DNA of 64,000 nucleotides from an uncultured delta proteobacterium (GTDB lineage: Bacteria > Desulfobacterota > Desulfobacteria > Desulfobacterales > JAHEIW01). Both the position numbers and the translations under genes were made by a program. Where the stretch lies: NCBI GenBank assembly GCA_963706575.1, contig CAVPNL010000003.1:448001-512000 (forward strand), read 5' to 3'. Of this stretch, positions 60,169 through 64,000 are shown piece after piece. Each line of letters opens with the position of its first letter. Positions within the stretch are counted from its first letter, which is position 1. The notes beneath the pieces were generated by a model, which worked only from the letters and a program-made list of their open reading frames with translations, was not told the DNA's origin and did not search any database.

Positions 60169-63100
60169 TTAGTTAAAAATTTGTTGCCACCATAAATAAA
60201 AGAAATTGCGTTTTGGATAAAGCGGATCGAGGGCAACAATACCCGCACTGACGGATTGACTCGCCGCATTCGGATTGGTGCTTCCGACCGATATAAAAAG
60301 CTTTGTATTTTCAGCAGTAATTACAGTTACCGGCTTGGAAGGGATGCCACCGCCTATAAGAACGCTGCGGGTTAAATCATCGTCGCCATCGCCGTCGGTA
60401 TCCGTAAATGCAATAACCGCAGCGCCGGTCTTGTATTCTATGGCATAGAGGCGTGCAATTCCGCCAGGTACGCAGGGATTGTCATTCGGGGTAAAGGTCG
60501 TCACATAATAAGTTTTATAAAATACGACACCCCGTGCCAGTACCTTTTCGCCTTCTGGCGCACCCAGAGTGTCGACAAAGCGAATAAACCAGCCTTGATC
60601 GGGGTTGCCGTCCTGATTTGCATCACCATTGGGGTCGTCAAGATTCGGCACGGGGTCCGCTGGATCGGTCACATCAACGAGATCGGCTTCAGTAAAGGGG
60701 GTCGTTCCGTGCGCATCCCTCATAGCGTAAATTCGATCCGCGCCGACATCCGTATCGCAGGCATTCTCACGATCTCCGGTTCCCGCATATATCAGATCAT
60801 ATCCTTTTTCCAGCGTCACGCTCGGCGGATAGTAAAATTTGCGCGTATAGGTTGTTGAATCAACATCATATGTCGGTGCTGTGAATAAAATCTGGCCTAC
60901 CCAGCTTTGGATGTTCTCGTTACAGTCGGGGAAACTCAAGGGATCGTTAGCGGAATCGGTCGTAACCTGACCGAAACGCCACATCTGCCCGCCCAGGTCG
61001 CCAACATAGATTTTATCCACAAAACCGTTGCCGTCTTCATCGACAACTTTAACGGTGCTGGGCACGCTGTAATTCATTCCGGCGGTGAATTTTTTGACCA
61101 CCGCACCTGTAAATACATTTACGGCAACCATTGTTTTTCCGGCCGAGTTATCGGCACTGTATCCGCCCCCGATAAAGCATACCACCGTGCCGGTGGTATC
61201 GTTAGCGGTGGTTTTCACCCGGCCGAATTCGGGTTCAGACCAGCTCTGACCGAGCTCCGGAATAACCACATCCGGATCGGTAGAGGTCATGGAAACAATT
61301 TTACCCCAGACAAAGGGCCCCGTGGCCCCATTTCCGAAGTCCCAGTCCTGGTACATACCGCTCGTCAGGTTGCCCAGCCATTGACCTGGATAAAAATGCC
61401 GTGTTCGATTATCGAAGGTGACAAAAACATTGTCGAATTCATCGCTAACCACGATGGCGGCATCAAGCCATTGACCGACACCTTCCCAATACCCATTCCA
61501 CAATCTGAGGCTATCTCCAGCCTGAAATGAGCCGCCAGCATAGCGGTATATGTTTGAAAGTTGTACCGTACCGGTTTCGGCATCATTTGCGTTTCCGATG
61601 CGCCACAGGTATTTGGGTATGTTAGGATCGGTGACATCCAGCGCAAAATAGCTCGAACCGCCTTTGCGCAGACCGCAAACCAGAATGACCTTGTCCCCGT
61701 CGGCGGAATCAACGCGTCCGTCCTCATCCACATCATGAAAATAGATCTTGGGGCTCGAATCAACATAATCTTCGTGAGTAGATCCTTCCAGAAGGTACTT
61801 TAAGCGATTGAGCTGATCCGGTGGAATAAAGGCCCAGGCTTCCGTGCCATAGTTGACTTCGTCACCGGAAATATTCACATTCGGATCAATGTCATCCAAA
61901 ACCGCATGCAGCATGCCGTCGTTGGCCCCGAAGAAAACCAGGGTCTTGGCGCTGCCGTCGGCATACTGATAGGTAAAGACCAACGGCTCGCTGTGCAGCA
62001 CATCAGCCGGTGATAACCGACCGGTTTTCAGTCGACATCCGTGTCCCCATCCTCATCCAGCACATCGGCCCCACGGAAGTAGTTGATTACCTTGTCTTTG
62101 CCGGTAACGGGATTGCCATTTACGCTAATATCGGTGGGATGACCCAGTATCATGTCCGTCAAATTGGTGTTGTCGGCGGCAAAGCGATTGGCTGAATCGG
62201 TTAGATTGTCTGTTGCTCCCAAATAGGAATAAATCTTACGGTTGCTGTTGTGGATCCCGTTGCTTTTGGAAATATCGGCCCAGTCAATGGTCGACCAGTA
62301 GGGTTTGGCAGTATCGCGCATGGATCCATTTGGCCAGGTGGCCGGATTTCCGTCGCTGCCGATAATTTCATTCGCCGCGTTGAGGCCGAATTTGGTTACA
62401 TTGCCTTCCCAGAAATTCTCCTCCAGCGGTTTAAAGAACGCCATGTAGATTTTATTGCCGCTGGTGGTGCGGGTGACCGGAACCACCGGTGCGGTAAAAG
62501 AGCTGGTGCGCGAAATAATGCTGTTGACGGCATCCAGAATGGCCTGGGACAGCCCGCCCGCCGAGGTGGCCTCGAAGTGATATTTGCCGTATTCCGGATC
62601 GGCGCTGTCGGCTAAATTGGTGTTGCCGTTGCCGTTATTGGATGTGTTTATCAAAAGCAATCGGCTTTCGATGGTGGCCATAAATCCGACCGTGTAGGTC
62701 GTGACGTTCTGGAAGCCGTCGGTTTTGTCATTGGCAACGCGCATATCGTTGGCGTGAAAATAGCTGGCCACATCATCCATATAGGTCGAGCCGTTGATGT
62801 TGGTGGTAATCGTGTATGTAGTCCCATCAATTGTCAGGGTTCCCTGACCCGGATTGTCATTTTCGCCGTATCCGTCGCTGCCGTCTTGATCGTGATCGAT
62901 CAAATCGCTCGGCTTGGTCTGGCTTAATCCACTGGATGTGTCTTCGGAAGACATGCCGGGGGTAATCACAATCACGAAATTTTTCTGGCAGTGATTGGTG
63001 GCGTCGGGCTCTCCGGATGAGTTTGAGTTCAAATACCCGCCGATCCTGGCCATACCCTCGGCCAGGGGAGAATAGATGACAGTACCCATATTGTTGATAT

Positions 63101-63893
63101 TGTTAATATAATTAGGATCCAAAACGTTGTCCTGTGGCGTTGCCCCCAATGTGGTCACAACGTCACCCAATGGCTGAACGCTGGAAGATCCCTCCGGTGT
63201 GCTGGTGAAATTATAAATGGCAAATTGGGCCTTATTGGACGAGAGCCGGCCGACGGTCTGCAGGGCCTGTTTGGCATAATAAAAACGACTTTTGTTGGGC
63301 AGGGCGGCGCCATCGTAAACCGGTTCAGCGACACTGTCGCCGTTGAGATCAACCGGCGAAGTGTAAAAAAACAACCAGTTCAGGTAATTTTTTGAGTAGC
63401 GAAACTCCCCGGCGTTATCTTTGATGCCGTCGCCATCAACTGCAGACGAGGCTTCAAGAGGCAAGGTGACCGTTTGGGAGTTGATGGTCCAGATACCGGT
63501 ACCTTCCCCGCCGGTCTCCTCCAATTTGTCCCCTGTATCAAGCTCCAGGTCATCTCCCACCGCCACTAAATAATAGGATCCTCCATGCTCGTAAATACCG
63601 TAACCATTGTCATTGAAAAATCCGTTGCCGGAGACCCCATTGACCACCACATCGGTTTCGGGAGCGACAGCAGGGGTATAGTCGACGCTATTGTCATAGT
63701 CTCCGTGGGTGACCGCATGCTTCATCTCAGCACCATTGTCGATCAATATGACGATGTTGGGCGGCAGGTCATCGGCAGTTACCGCAAACATGCACATGTC
63801 GCTGGCGAACCCGGGGTTAACCGCAAAGACCAGGCCGAATAAAACGACCATCCATAAAACGGCAATCATATATAGTTTTTTCATATCAACCAT
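60169..63893 (-). pseudogene. pilY1: PilY1/PilC (copy 1) interrupted by two +1 insertions near 62005 and 62030-62033 (pseudogene or sequencing error)
   Basis: ORF 62028-63893 (signal peptide, vWA-like region) and ORF 60169-62001 (GANDGMLHA, YVGDLGGQMWRF propeller) join into one 1240-aa frame when 2 nt are removed. Confidence 0.85.
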
Positions 63894-63913
63894 CTTCTTA
63901 GCCTCTATTGTGT

Positions 63914-64000
63914 TTAGAAACCGATCCGATAAAAGCCGGTCTCGATTTCAGATTTTGAATTACGCGGGCCATACCCGGTCGTAGTTATTCGATACCGATG
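63914..64000 (-). CDS. 3' end of a PilX-like minor pilin of the upstream cassette (partial)
   Basis: HRYRITTTGYGPRNSKSEIETGFYRIGF-stop, 20 nt before pilY1 copy 1. Confidence 0.6.
   Translation of the reverse strand, partial: HRYRITTTGYGPRNSKSEIETGFYRIGF

Overview
Core-genome segment of a bacterium that looks Desulfobacterota/Desulfobacterales-like (inferred from gene content and style only). From left to right: a PlsB-like acyltransferase running off the left edge; an Opp/Dpp-type ABC operon with an M24 peptidase; a DUF1445 (D-glutamate cyclase-like) gene, a Liv-type ABC transporter and a convergent pxpABC 5-oxoprolinase operon; an MFS transporter; rplM-rpsI; a CYTH gene; tolQRAB-pal-cpoB-ruvCAB plus DUF62; an HD protein; sdhCAB; MscS; a hybrid kinase; two tRNA-Ser upstream of dnaX-ybaB-recR-ykgJ-murI; dciA; hflKC; a 32-aa bS22/COX24-like gene missed by the ORF track; PilZ; FmdB; groESL; LysM; and two tandem type IV minor-pilin/PilY1 cassettes. 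The downstream cassette follows a c-di-GMP-I riboswitch. The upstream pilY1 is broken by two 1-nt insertions. The most unusual signal is non-coding. More than 15 intergenic gaps hold small non-autonomous elements: (i) inverted arrays of 7-9-nt tandem repeats, (ii) roughly 100-165 bp TIR hairpin MITEs, one with a 5 x 48 bp palindromic array inserted precisely into its stem, and (iii) tiny REP-like palindromes nested inside the other two classes. No transposase, cas gene or true CRISPR array is visible.
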